From contig FR898166.1 of the NCBI GenBank assembly GCA_000437395.1, forward strand, positions 58,724 through 122,723: DNA of 64,000 nt. Direction: 5' to 3'. A model generated the notes under the pieces. It searched no databases. It was not told the origin of the DNA and saw only the letters and a program-made list of their open reading frames with translations. A program made the translations under genes and the position numbers. This document shows, in pieces, positions 1-9,796 of this stretch (position 1 is the first letter of the stretch; each line of letters starts with the position of its first letter). The stretch is from Clostridium sp. CAG:288 (GTDB lineage: Bacteria > Bacillota_I > Bacilli_A > RFN20 > CAG-288).

Positions 1-2013
1 TTAGGCTTGGTTGGTCACGGTAACTGCATACGCTATGACTATGGTTTCTTCCGTCAAAAAATTAAAGATGGAAAACAAGAAGAAGTTCCAGATCAATGGT
101 TATTAAATGGTAACGCTTGGGAAATTAGAAAGCCTAAGCACGCTGTTGAAGTAAAATTCTATGGTAATGCTGAAACATATCAAGATGAAAATGGTTATGT
201 TAGAAGTCGTACAGTTAACGCTTTAACAGTTTTAGCTATTCCTTATGATATTCCAGTTATCGGTTATAGAAATGGTGTAACAAATACACTTAGACTTTGG
301 TATGCTGAACCAAGTGATGAAAATTTACCATCAAACCAAGACTTTACAGGCTATCTCCAATTCGTTAGAGATTTAACTCACGGCTTATATCCAGATGATT
401 CAACCGAACAAGGAAGACTTTTAAGATTGCGTCAACAATATTTCTTAGTATCTGCTGGTATGCAATCTATGTTAAGAGCTCACTATAGACACTATAAGAC
501 ATTCAAAAATCTTCCAGAACACTATGTCTTCCAACTTAACGATACACACCCAATCATGGCTATTCCAGAACTTATGAGACTCCTTATGGATGAACATAAC
601 TTCGGTTGGGATGAAGCTTTTGAAATATGTTCGAAGTGCTTTGCCTTTACTAACCACACAGTCATGGCTGAAGCTTTAGAAAAATGGCCATGCCACTATA
701 TTGCTAACCTCTTCCCACGTATCTATATGATCATCGAAGAGATTAACAGAAGAATGATTATTAAGATGAGAAATGAAAACCTTCCAGAAAACGTTATTCA
801 AAACTCCTTAATTATCAAAGATGGAAATGTTCATATGTGCCAAATGGCTATTCACGTTTGTTTCTCAGTAAACGGTGTTGCTAACTTGCACACTGAAATT
901 TTAAAAGCTGATACATTTAAAGAATTATATTCAATCTATCCAGAAAAATTTAATAACAAGACTAATGGTATTACACACAGACGTTGGTTCTTAGCTTCTA
1001 ACCCTGAATTATCAGGATTAGTAACATCTTTAATCGGTGATGGTTGGATTAAAAAGCCTGATGGACTTCAAAAACTTGCTAAATATCAAGACGATGAAGA
1101 AGTTTTAAAGAAGATTATTGAAATCAAACATCACAACAAAGAGAAACTAGCAGCTTTAATCAAGAAAGAAACAGGTATTGAAGTCGATACAAACTCTATT
1201 TTTGATACTCAAATTAAGAGATTACACGCTTATAAGAGACAACTTATGAATGTCTTTAGAATCATTCACTTATATAAGCGTATGAAAGCTTACAAGAACT
1301 TTAGAATAACGCCTCATACATATATCTTTGGAGCTAAAGCTGCTCCAAGCTACGTTTATGCTAAAAAGATTATCGAACTTATTTTAGCTGTTGCTGATAC
1401 AGTCAATAACGATCCAGAAATTTCAAAATATATGAAGGTAGTCTTTATTCCAAACTATGGAGTAAGTAAAGCTGAAGTAATTATTCCTGCTTCTGATGTT
1501 TCTGAACAAATCTCTACAGCTGGTAAGGAAGCTTCTGGTACATCTAACATGAAGTTTATGATTAATGGAGCTTTAACATTAGGAACTCTCGATGGAGCTA
1601 ACGTTGAAATCGATCAATTAGTCGGTTCAGAAAACGATGTTATCTTTGGTAAACACGCTGATGAACTCGATGAAATTAGATATAACAACTCTTATAATCC
1701 ATGGGATATCTATAACTCAGATATTAGAGTTAAAGTTGTCTTAGACTCTTTAGTCGACGGTACTTTCTCACCAAACCACGAAAAGTTCAGAATGATTTTC
1801 GATGAAGTTATGTATCACGGTGATGAATACTTCATTCTCCTTGACTTCGCAAGTTATCTTGAAGCAAGCAAGAAGATTGAATCGTTATATGCAGATCAAA
1901 TGTCATGGGCTAAGAAGTGTTTAATTAACATTTCTAAAGCTGGTTTCTTCTCATCAGATAGAACTATTAGCGAATACAATCGCGATATATGGCATCTTCA
2001 AAAGATTAAGTAA
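1..2013 (+). CDS. glgP: alpha-glucan (glycogen/maltodextrin) phosphorylase, GT35 family; 5' end lies outside the window
   Basis: The frame is open to the window start. The pyridoxal-phosphate site motif EASGTSNMKFMINGALTLGTLDGANVEI is characteristic of glycogen phosphorylases. The ORF-track protein is 668 aa and is N-terminally truncated. Confidence 0.9.
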   Translation, partial: LGLVGHGNCIRYDYGFFRQKIKDGKQEEVPDQWLLNGNAWEIRKPKHAVEVKFYGNAETYQDENGYVRSRTVNALTVLAIPYDIPVIGYRNGVTNTLRLWYAEPSDENLPSNQDFTGYLQFVRDLTHGLYPDDSTEQGRLLRLRQQYFLVSAGMQSMLRAHYRHYKTFKNLPEHYVFQLNDTHPIMAIPELMRLLMDEHNFGWDEAFEICSKCFAFTNHTVMAEALEKWPCHYIANLFPRIYMIIEEINRRMIIKMRNENLPENVIQNSLIIKDGNVHMCQMAIHVCFSVNGVANLHTEILKADTFKELYSIYPEKFNNKTNGITHRRWFLASNPELSGLVTSLIGDGWIKKPDGLQKLAKYQDDEEVLKKIIEIKHHNKEKLAALIKKETGIEVDTNSIFDTQIKRLHAYKRQLMNVFRIIHLYKRMKAYKNFRITPHTYIFGAKAAPSYVYAKKIIELILAVADTVNNDPEISKYMKVVFIPNYGVSKAEVIIPASDVSEQISTAGKEASGTSNMKFMINGALTLGTLDGANVEIDQLVGSENDVIFGKHADELDEIRYNNSYNPWDIYNSDIRVKVVLDSLVDGTFSPNHEKFRMIFDEVMYHGDEYFILLDFASYLEASKKIESLYADQMSWAKKCLINISKAGFFSSDRTISEYNRDIWHLQKIK

Positions 2014-2015
2014 AT

Positions 2016-2516
2016 ATGATTTACGACATCGGTGAACTTATACCATTACAAAAAGCTCTCGATGAAGACATTGCTAGTAGGCATAATTTAAGTTATGCGT
2101 CTACTAGCAATCGTCGTTTATTGGCACTTTTTGTTGAAATCGGGGAGTTTGCAAATTCGACGAGAACTTTTAAATTTTGGTCGACAAAAGGGCCAGAAAT
2201 AAGAGAAAGAGTATTAGATGAAGCTGCTGATTGCTTACATTTTTTCTTAAGCAAGTTTATAGAAAACAATGTTGAAAAATGCATTTTTGATATTAATCCT
2301 AAAGATGCTGATGAAATTGAGTTGACAGATTTATTTTTAAATATATATTCGAATCTTAGCGAATTTGGTAAATTAAACGATAACAAGTACTTATTAGAGG
2401 CTTTTTCTAGCTATCTACAAGTAGTAAGAAAGTTAGGATTTAGCAATGTAGATTTAGTTTATGGATATAAACTTAAACTAAAAGTTAACTATAATAGACA
2501 AAAAACAAATTATTGA
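2016..2516 (+). CDS. all-alpha NTP pyrophosphohydrolase, dimeric dUTPase-like (dUTPase_2 / MazG-like fold)
   Basis: 166 aa. Motifs LLALFVEIGEFANSTRTFKFWS and DEAADCLHFFLS resemble the metal-binding helices of dimeric dUTPase or dCTPase-like all-alpha NTP-PPases. Assignment is from motif memory only. Confidence 0.4.
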   Translation: MIYDIGELIPLQKALDEDIASRHNLSYASTSNRRLLALFVEIGEFANSTRTFKFWSTKGPEIRERVLDEAADCLHFFLSKFIENNVEKCIFDINPKDADEIELTDLFLNIYSNLSEFGKLNDNKYLLEAFSSYLQVVRKLGFSNVDLVYGYKLKLKVNYNRQKTNY

Positions 2517-2527
2517 GGTGTTTATTT

Positions 2528-3622
2528 ATGGAATATAACTTTGATGAAGAAATAGCGTTTTTAACTGATATTACTTTAGCAAAAGGCGTATCAGGAAGAG
2601 AAAAAGAGGTGGCTAAAACTTTTATAAAGTATGCCGAACCATATGCTGATGAAATTAAACGAGATGCTTTAGGTAACGTAATAGCTTATCACTATGGTAA
2701 ACCAAATGGACCAGTGGTCATGATGTGTGGCCATATGGATGAGGTAGGCTTTTTTGTTAAGTCTATAGAAGATAACGGGTTAATTAGACTTCATCCAATT
2801 GGTGGTTGGTGGCCACTTTGTTTGCCAAGCGATTTATTTGTAGTTACAAATAAAGAAGGCAAAGAATTTTTGGGTGTTATCGGCGCTAGAGCTCCTCATG
2901 GTGTTCCTCAAGAACAAAGAAAAAATGTTATTCCACTTGAAAATCTTTACTTAGATTTAGGTGTTAAAGATAAAAAGATGGTTGATGACTTGAAAATTAA
3001 AGTTGGTGATATGGTTACACCTAAAGTTGATTTCCACGTTATGAACGACGGCAAGACTTTAATGAGCAAAGCTTTTGACGATAGAATCGGAGCTGCAATA
3101 GCTTTAAGAGTTTTAAAAAATCTTAAAGGAGTTGAAACTGAATGTACATATGTTTGTGTTGGAACAACTCAAGAAGAAGTTGGATTACGTGGTGCTAAGA
3201 CAAGCGCTTATGGTGTTGAACCAGATATAAGTTTTGCTACTGATGTTTCACTTTCTCACGACACTCCAGATGTTTTAGATGGAGGCGATAGTAAACTTGG
3301 TGCTGGTGTAGCTATGACTTTATGTGATGCCGGCATATTATCTCATCCAGGTTTAGTCAACTACTTAAAAGAAACAGCTCAAAGACTTGATATTCCTTAT
3401 ACAAACGATTTCATGGCAGCAGGATCAACTGATGCTGGCACTATTCACAAAACAAGAGAAGGAGTTATGACAATGACAGTCTCCTTAGCTTGTAGATATT
3501 ATCATTCTCCATACTCTATGATTAACTATGATGATTATATAAACGCTTGCAAACTTATGACTGAAGCTATTAAGAATGTTGATCGTAAAGTAGTCAATAA
3601 AATTAGAGAAGCAAAGTATTAA
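2528..3622 (+). CDS. M42 family metallo-aminopeptidase (FrvX/CelM-like)
   Basis: Motif MMCGHMDEVGF and overall length of about 365 aa are typical of M42 peptidases. ATG at 2528 is preferred over the track start because of a GAGGTG RBS at 2514-2519. Confidence 0.8.
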   Translation: MEYNFDEEIAFLTDITLAKGVSGREKEVAKTFIKYAEPYADEIKRDALGNVIAYHYGKPNGPVVMMCGHMDEVGFFVKSIEDNGLIRLHPIGGWWPLCLPSDLFVVTNKEGKEFLGVIGARAPHGVPQEQRKNVIPLENLYLDLGVKDKKMVDDLKIKVGDMVTPKVDFHVMNDGKTLMSKAFDDRIGAAIALRVLKNLKGVETECTYVCVGTTQEEVGLRGAKTSAYGVEPDISFATDVSLSHDTPDVLDGGDSKLGAGVAMTLCDAGILSHPGLVNYLKETAQRLDIPYTNDFMAAGSTDAGTIHKTREGVMTMTVSLACRYYHSPYSMINYDDYINACKLMTEAIKNVDRKVVNKIREAKY

Positions 3623-3631
3623 TAAGGGCAA

Positions 3632-3667
3632 TTAAGAAATAAAAATATTTCTTAATGTCCTTTTTTT
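3632..3667 (+). terminator. rho-independent terminator after the M42 peptidase gene
   Basis: Inverted repeat TTAAGAAATA/TATTTCTTAA followed by a T7 run. Confidence 0.5.
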
Positions 3668-3962
3668 AATTTGAATAAATAAAGAATAAAATTTAAGTAT
3701 ATATTGAATAAAAAAAGCATAAAATATTAATAAATATTTAAGAATTATAGTAAAAAACTACAAAATCAGAAAGAATATTGAGTTTTTAGTAAGAAAAAAT
3801 CGATATTAATGTTTTAATTTCAAAGTTCCATTAACTTATGATGAAAGTTGGAATTAGATAATGGAAAAGTTTAATTCAATTAGACGCGGAGAAAACTATA
3901 TTATTTTACTTAATATGTTAAAAGAGTATAATTCGACAAATAAGTAATAATAAAACACAATT

Positions 3963-3991
3963 TTGGAAATTTTTAGGCTACGTGCTATAAT
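3963..3991 (+). promoter_or_regulatory. sigma-A type promoter for the ABC exporter operon
   Basis: -35 TTGGAA (3963-3968), 17-bp spacer, extended -10 TGcTATAAT (3986-3991). It sits about 35 nt upstream of the AAGGAG RBS of the 4028 gene. Confidence 0.45.
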
Positions 3992-4027
3992 AGCATAAGT
4001 TTTTATATGCAAATAAAGGAGTAACCT

Positions 4028-4768
4028 ATGAACGATGAAGACTATATTTTAAAAGTAGATCACCTGAATAAAAAATATGGCGATAAAATAGTTTTAAAAG
4101 ATTTGTCTTTTAACGTTAAAAAAGGTGAAATATTTGGTTTTATTGGAAGCAATGGTACTGGCAAAAGTACAACTATTAAATGTCTAACAAATATTGTTAA
4201 TTATGATAGTGGAGATATTATCATAAACGGATTTTCTTTAGATAAAAATCCTATAGACGCTAAAAAGTCTTTTGGTTTAATTATGGAAGAACCGTGTGTA
4301 TATGAAGATATGAGTGGAAAAGAATTCGTTTCTTTCACTGCTTCAATTTATGGTGTAAATAAAGAGACTTTTGAAACTAGATATGAAGAGCTAGTTTCAA
4401 AGTTTAATATGAAAAACGATATGAATAAACTTATAAAGTTTTATTCTCATGGTATGAAACAAAAAGTTGCCATGATTGCTTCACTTATTCACGAACCAAA
4501 GCTTTGGATTCTGGATGAACCTTTGACTGGGTTAGATATTATAACTGTCAAAGAGTTGATAGATTATATGAAAGATTATAGAGAAAAAGGAAACTCTATA
4601 TTTTTAACGTCTCACAATATAGATATAGTTGAAAAAATATGCGATAGAGTAGTTTTTATTCATAAAGGAAAAATACTAAATACATACGATTTACATTCTG
4701 ATTTGAAAAAAGGATTTAGTCTTTCAGATGAATTCTTTAAACTAGTTAAGGAAAATAGCGATGATTAA
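4028..4768 (+). CDS. ABC transporter ATP-binding protein (ABC-2 exporter type)
   Basis: Walker A GSNGTGKST, signature-like YSHGMKQKVAM, Walker B LWILDEP. Confidence 0.85.
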   Translation: MNDEDYILKVDHLNKKYGDKIVLKDLSFNVKKGEIFGFIGSNGTGKSTTIKCLTNIVNYDSGDIIINGFSLDKNPIDAKKSFGLIMEEPCVYEDMSGKEFVSFTASIYGVNKETFETRYEELVSKFNMKNDMNKLIKFYSHGMKQKVAMIASLIHEPKLWILDEPLTGLDIITVKELIDYMKDYREKGNSIFLTSHNIDIVEKICDRVVFIHKGKILNTYDLHSDLKKGFSLSDEFFKLVKENSDD

Positions 4769-6326
4769 GTTACTTTTAAAAAAAGAATGGTCAATATTTA
4801 AACATAAAAAGCTAAACGATAATATTGTTAGTTTTATAATAAATGCAATTATTAGCTTAGCTATTTTTGTTGTTATCATATATATATTTAACGCTTTAAA
4901 TGCTAGATTTGTAAACTATGGAGTAAGCGATAAGTTATTAGCCTTCACTTTAGGAGCAATTGGTTTTTTTGAAAGCTTAGTGATGATAAAAAAGATTGAT
5001 AAAAACATTTACGATATAAAAGATATGGAACTAGTGTTTTCATCACCTATTTCAATGAAAGACTTAGTAATTTCCAAATATATTGCGTTATATATTAAAG
5101 AGCTAGTTTCTTTAGCGCCATTATTTATAGCTGTAATAATTTGTTTTGGCTTAAAAACAGCTTTTACATTTAGCTTAATTCTTGGCTTATTTTTAACTAT
5201 ATTTTTTGAGCCGATATGGATAATTTTCTTTGCAACTATCTTATCTTTCCCAGCACATTATTTGTTTGAATTTTTAAAAAATCATTCCATAGTTCAAGTA
5301 ATCTTATCTATTGTTTTAGTGTCGATATTTTCTTTAGCTTATTATTACGTTTTAAAAGTTTTTATTGACCTTATAAGTGAAGGAAGACTAAATTATCTTT
5401 TCAGTGATTCAAATATGGAAATTTTAAGTGTTATTAATAATGTTTTAATCCCATCAATCTTCTTAAAAAATATATTGACTGGTGAAAACTTACTAGTTTC
5501 TAGTACTGTTATTATTTTTGGAAGTATTTTATTGTTAACTATAAGCGTTTTAGCTTTGTTATTTTATTATAGTTGGATTAAAGATCACTCATTAACTTTA
5601 AATTTGAAAAGAAAAGAAAAGAGAGCAAAAGTATATAACTTTAAAATTGCTCAACTAAAGAAAGAGTTTATAGTTATGTTTAGAAATTCAAATAATTCTT
5701 TCTTATATTGCACTTTGTTGCTATCGTTAAGCTTTATTTGTTTAGCTATATGTTTAGCTTTAAAAGAACTCGTTATTAAACTACTAGGTTCAACATTTAG
5801 TTTTTATCCATTTGCGTTATTGATTGTTAGCGTCTTTGCTTGTGTTATTAATGGGATAGGTTCTAACACTATTTATAGTGAAAAAAAGAATATTGCCTTA
5901 ATTAAAACTTCACCAATCGCATATAGAACACAAATAAATATAAAACTTTTGAGCTTAAGTATCATGTCTTTAATTTCTATAGCTTTAACTGCGTTAGCTT
6001 TATATGTTGGCAAAGTGTTAAACATTATCGAATCTCTTAGCTTATTTATTACAGTTTTATTCTTAGTGTTAGTAACGATAACTAGTATTTTATATTTAGA
6101 TTTAAAAAGACCTACAAAAACTCATAAAGCTGATTTTGTATTACTATTTGGAATCTTAGTACCTGGTATAACAAGCTTCTTATCGTTGATATTCTTTTAT
6201 TATGTTGGAAAAAGTATTATGTTATATATTCCTTTGTTATTAACTGCTATTATTTTTGCAGCTTCTTTTATAGTTTTAGAATTAAATATATCTAAATTAG
6301 TAAATAAATTGGAGGTGAATTTATGA
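4761..6326 (+). CDS. ABC transporter permease, polytopic (about 12 TM helices)
   Basis: 521 aa and highly hydrophobic with many predicted TM segments. Its start overlaps the ATPase stop by 8 nt. Confidence 0.7.
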   Translation: MIKLLLKKEWSIFKHKKLNDNIVSFIINAIISLAIFVVIIYIFNALNARFVNYGVSDKLLAFTLGAIGFFESLVMIKKIDKNIYDIKDMELVFSSPISMKDLVISKYIALYIKELVSLAPLFIAVIICFGLKTAFTFSLILGLFLTIFFEPIWIIFFATILSFPAHYLFEFLKNHSIVQVILSIVLVSIFSLAYYYVLKVFIDLISEGRLNYLFSDSNMEILSVINNVLIPSIFLKNILTGENLLVSSTVIIFGSILLLTISVLALLFYYSWIKDHSLTLNLKRKEKRAKVYNFKIAQLKKEFIVMFRNSNNSFLYCTLLLSLSFICLAICLALKELVIKLLGSTFSFYPFALLIVSVFACVINGIGSNTIYSEKKNIALIKTSPIAYRTQINIKLLSLSIMSLISIALTALALYVGKVLNIIESLSLFITVLFLVLVTITSILYLDLKRPTKTHKADFVLLFGILVPGITSFLSLIFFYYVGKSIMLYIPLLLTAIIFAASFIVLELNISKLVNKLEVNL

Positions 6327-8434
6327 AGTATAAAGTAATAAGTTCATTATTGTTATTACCAATTTTATTAACATTAATAGTCTTTACTTCTAGCAAATCA
6401 ATAAAGTTACCTACGGATACTAAGGCTGACAAAATAGTTTTAGAGCACGATAAACTTGAAGTAGTAAAGTTAGGTGAAAAATTAAAACTTAGCGCCTACG
6501 CAATTCCTAAAAACGTTTCAAATGCTCAGATAGAATTCTCAGTTAGTAATGAAGAGTACGCAAACATTGAAAGTAAAGAAGACGAATACTATTTAATTCC
6601 TAAAAAAGAAGGTTATGTTAGAGTAAATGCTTATACTAGCGATAAACTTATTTATTCAAGTTTTGAGGCTTATATATACGAGGATAAAGGTTTAGGAGCT
6701 CAAGAAATATTAATATATGACGATAACTTTTCTTATAGTGGTATCGATAATAATTATGTTTATGGTCAATATGATTTGGATAAAAATGGAAATAAAGTAT
6801 TAGCGACAAATGAACTACAAATAAAAGTAGTTGGATCAAAAAATCAAAATGTCGATATAGATGTTATAAAAGGAAATGCAAAAGTTAAAGATAGAAAGAT
6901 AACTTTTATCAATGGTGAAGACGTAGTGATAAAAGTTAGTTCTATTACTAATAGTAATATTTCAAAAGAATATACTTTTAATGTCGTCCCTGATGGTGTT
7001 AACGTTTATAATTATGAAGATCTAATGATTTGTACTAATAAATCTGAATCTGGTGAAAAAGTAGTTTTAAGAACTAACTTTGAAAGCAAAGAAAACGCCT
7101 TACTAGATCCTAAGGATTTAAATAGTGCTACTTATTCAAATACAAATTTATTTGGTAGAGTTTTAAATAATAAATTAGAATTTGATTACGAGACAATAGA
7201 GTCTACATACGATACTACATATCAAGATAACTTAGCCAAATTTAATAATTTAAGCTCAGATGAATTAAAAAAGAGCAAAGAGTTAAAAGTTGGATTAGTC
7301 ATAAAAAAAGATTTCTATGGTAACGGATTTACTATCAACATGCACGAAATGTGTTATCCAAGTGAAAGAATTGGTGGTGGCGCTCCACTATTAGGTAAAA
7401 ACGATTTATTTAGAGGCCCAATCTCTTTTGTTGAAGCTTTGGGTATGGCTAAAGTGTCAGGGCAAGATAATATAGGAACACTAATAAAAGGTGATAATAT
7501 AACATTGTCTAACGTTAATATAAAAAATTGTAGCAACGTTAAAGACTTAACATTCTTGGATTATGTAGGAACGACATTAGAAATAATGGGTAATAATGTA
7601 ACAGTTAAAGATTCAATAATATCTAATGGAAGAACAGTAATAAGATCTTTTTCAAACGAAAACTTATTGATTGATAACTGCTTAGTTCAATTTGGAAGAG
7701 AATTTTTAATTAAAGCAGGTTCAAACTCAGTTATCAAGCCAACTCAAGATATCGATTTAAGCAATATGAGTGATGAAGAAATAAATAACTTCTTAGCACC
7801 GGAGTTACCAATAGATGCAAACACTAAAAAAAGCGTTTCAGATTCTTCTATAACTATAAACGATACTTATTTATATAAATCAGGATTATTTAGTATTGGT
7901 ATTGACACTCATTTTGCTGGTCAACTCCTATATGATGCAACGACAACAAGCATTGGAGCATATTTCCCAGAAGTAAAAAATATGGCAGGCACATCTTATG
8001 CTACTAATATGAAGATAACAGGAAATACAAAAATGTTTGACTGGAAAGATGTCAAAAGTCTTGATTCTTCGACATTAATTCAAGTTATTAGTAATGATTT
8101 AGATGTTAATAAGTACTTTAATTTGCAAGAACTAGTTGAAAATTATGTAACTAAAGAAGATACATCATTTGCTATAAACGATAACGGTAAAACTTATGTA
8201 CATGGTGGAATAGCAATGTATGGTGGTGGTAAAAACTACTCTGAAGTTGAAATAGAAGATGAATTATTATCAGAATTTAAGAATATTGATGCTTTAAGTT
8301 TAACAGGATTAATTACTTTAGCAGCTGGAACTGAACCATTTAGGTTTAAACTATATACAAGTCAGTCAACGCCAGTTACTATTAATGAAGTTCCGAATAT
8401 TGACGATTTAAAAAATAATATAAAAAGTAATTAA
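6323..8434 (+). CDS. membrane-anchored surface protein with a bacterial Ig-like (Big_2-like) domain and right-handed beta-helix repeats
   Basis: N-terminal hydrophobic anchor LLLPILLTLIVFTSS. Big_2-like segment LKLSAYAIPKNVSNAQIEFSVSNEEYANIE. Repetitive NV.I.N / G.NVTV.DS.I.N segments typical of parallel beta-helix. Start overlaps the permease stop by 4 nt. Confidence 0.5.
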   Translation: MKYKVISSLLLLPILLTLIVFTSSKSIKLPTDTKADKIVLEHDKLEVVKLGEKLKLSAYAIPKNVSNAQIEFSVSNEEYANIESKEDEYYLIPKKEGYVRVNAYTSDKLIYSSFEAYIYEDKGLGAQEILIYDDNFSYSGIDNNYVYGQYDLDKNGNKVLATNELQIKVVGSKNQNVDIDVIKGNAKVKDRKITFINGEDVVIKVSSITNSNISKEYTFNVVPDGVNVYNYEDLMICTNKSESGEKVVLRTNFESKENALLDPKDLNSATYSNTNLFGRVLNNKLEFDYETIESTYDTTYQDNLAKFNNLSSDELKKSKELKVGLVIKKDFYGNGFTINMHEMCYPSERIGGGAPLLGKNDLFRGPISFVEALGMAKVSGQDNIGTLIKGDNITLSNVNIKNCSNVKDLTFLDYVGTTLEIMGNNVTVKDSIISNGRTVIRSFSNENLLIDNCLVQFGREFLIKAGSNSVIKPTQDIDLSNMSDEEINNFLAPELPIDANTKKSVSDSSITINDTYLYKSGLFSIGIDTHFAGQLLYDATTTSIGAYFPEVKNMAGTSYATNMKITGNTKMFDWKDVKSLDSSTLIQVISNDLDVNKYFNLQELVENYVTKEDTSFAINDNGKTYVHGGIAMYGGGKNYSEVEIEDELLSEFKNIDALSLTGLITLAAGTEPFRFKLYTSQSTPVTINEVPNIDDLKNNIKSN

Positions 8435-8600
8435 TTTTATCTCTACGCATATATAAATAACATGGAATTCCATAAATTTATTGAAAATTGTTCAAAAATT
8501 ATTTCTTTTTTGTAATTAAATGTTGCAATTGAACAATATGTGATTAAAATATAGGTATATGGTAATTAGTTCCATTAATGTAAGGAAAGGAAATTTTAAA

Positions 8601-9077
8601 ATGAAGAAGAGATTAAAGAAAGGTTTTACCTTAGTTGAATTAGTCGTAGTTATTGCTATCATTGCAATTCTATCAGCTGTTTCAGTTGCTGGTTACTTCG
8701 GATTCACAACAAATGCTAGAAAGACAGCTACAAAGCAAGAAGCAAAAGATATTGCTAACTTAATTTTAGTTGTTGCTGCTGATGAAGAAACAACAGGTGT
8801 TACAAATGATGGAACAAAAGTTACACTTACTTATGAAGTTGTAACTGAAGATTCAGCTGTTGCAACTGGTAAATATAAATCTGATGCTGATGCATTAATT
8901 GCTGCTTTAGCAACAGCAGGTTGGACAATGCCAACAGATGCAAAACTTACTGAAGTTATAGAAACTGGTGTTACTAATGGTGCAACAGATAAAGAAATCA
9001 AAACATTAAAATACGAACACAATAGCTTTGCATATACCATTACAGTTGGTACTGGTGATGTAGCATTTGTTGCTTAA
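8601..9077 (+). CDS. type IV pilin / competence-pilus major pilin (class III signal peptide)
   Basis: MKKRLKKG|FTLVELVVVIAIIAILSAV is the canonical prepilin leader with Gly-1 and Glu+5. AGGAAAGGAA RBS upstream of the ATG at 8601. The track start at 8559 is probably too far upstream. Confidence 0.8.
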   Translation: MKKRLKKGFTLVELVVVIAIIAILSAVSVAGYFGFTTNARKTATKQEAKDIANLILVVAADEETTGVTNDGTKVTLTYEVVTEDSAVATGKYKSDADALIAALATAGWTMPTDAKLTEVIETGVTNGATDKEIKTLKYEHNSFAYTITVGTGDVAFVA

Positions 9078-9112
9078 TTAATTAAACTAGTCTCAAAAAA
9101 AGATAATATAAA

Positions 9113-9140
9113 GACTGTGGTGAAAAGCCACAGTTTTTTA
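9113..9140 (+). terminator. rho-independent terminator or attenuator immediately after the major pilin gene
   Basis: GACTGTGG-tgaaaag-CCACAGT stem-loop followed by TTTTTTA. This arrangement is typical between major and minor pilin genes. Confidence 0.6.
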
Positions 9141-9311
9141 TTGCCATAAAATAACTAATCATGCTACGAATGTAGATAAATTAATATAAAAGGCATTTTT
9201 ATATCGTTATATATGTCTAATTTGATCGAATTATATAAAAAATATCTATTATTAATTACTAAAGTAATTAAAATATATCACTGAATAATGTTTTAATGTT
9301 ATAATTAAATC

Positions 9312-9782
9312 ATGAATAAATATAAGTCACACAAAAGATTTAAGCTTGGTTTTACTTTAGTAGAATTAGTTGTTACTTTAGCACTTATTGCAATTGTTAC
9401 TGGAATGACTTCTACTTTTTTATACATGTTTATAAAAATTAACAATAATATCGATACTTATAGAAAGACTTATCAAAATGCTAATTCAATAGCTTATATT
9501 CTTTCAACGTTTGTCGATCAAAAAAATGATGGCGGTTTAAGTGTTGGAAGTGAGAATAACTTGTTAAATTATACAGATGAAGAAAACACATATACACTTT
9601 ACTACAACTCTGAAACTGATGAGCTTATTTATAACGATAAAAGTCTATATGCTTCTGAAGATAATAGTTTAGAAATATCGATAACTTATCTTGAAAAATA
9701 TGAAGATAAACAATTAATTAAATTTGAAATTAGTTATGACAACAACAAAAGATCGATGTCTTTAATTAAGACTCTATACTGA
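9312..9782 (+). CDS. minor (pseudo)pilin with prepilin leader
   Basis: MNKYKSHKRFKLG|FTLVELVVTLALIAIV class III signal. Confidence 0.75.
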   Translation: MNKYKSHKRFKLGFTLVELVVTLALIAIVTGMTSTFLYMFIKINNNIDTYRKTYQNANSIAYILSTFVDQKNDGGLSVGSENNLLNYTDEENTYTLYYNSETDELIYNDKSLYASEDNSLEISITYLEKYEDKQLIKFEISYDNNKRSMSLIKTLY

Positions 9783-9796
9783 TGAAAGGAGAAAAT

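Noticed and set aside
3861-3947. 28-codon ORF (MEKFNSIRRGENYIILLNMLKEYNSTNK) in the AT-rich leader upstream of the ABC exporter operon
   Set aside because: It has a weak RBS and no conservation evidence. It could be a leader peptide, but short ORFs are expected by chance. It is noted only.
8559-8600. Track start codon for the major pilin gene at 8559
   Set aside because: It gives a 14-aa extension before the canonical basic prepilin leader. ATG 8601 with the AGGAAAGGAA RBS is preferred.
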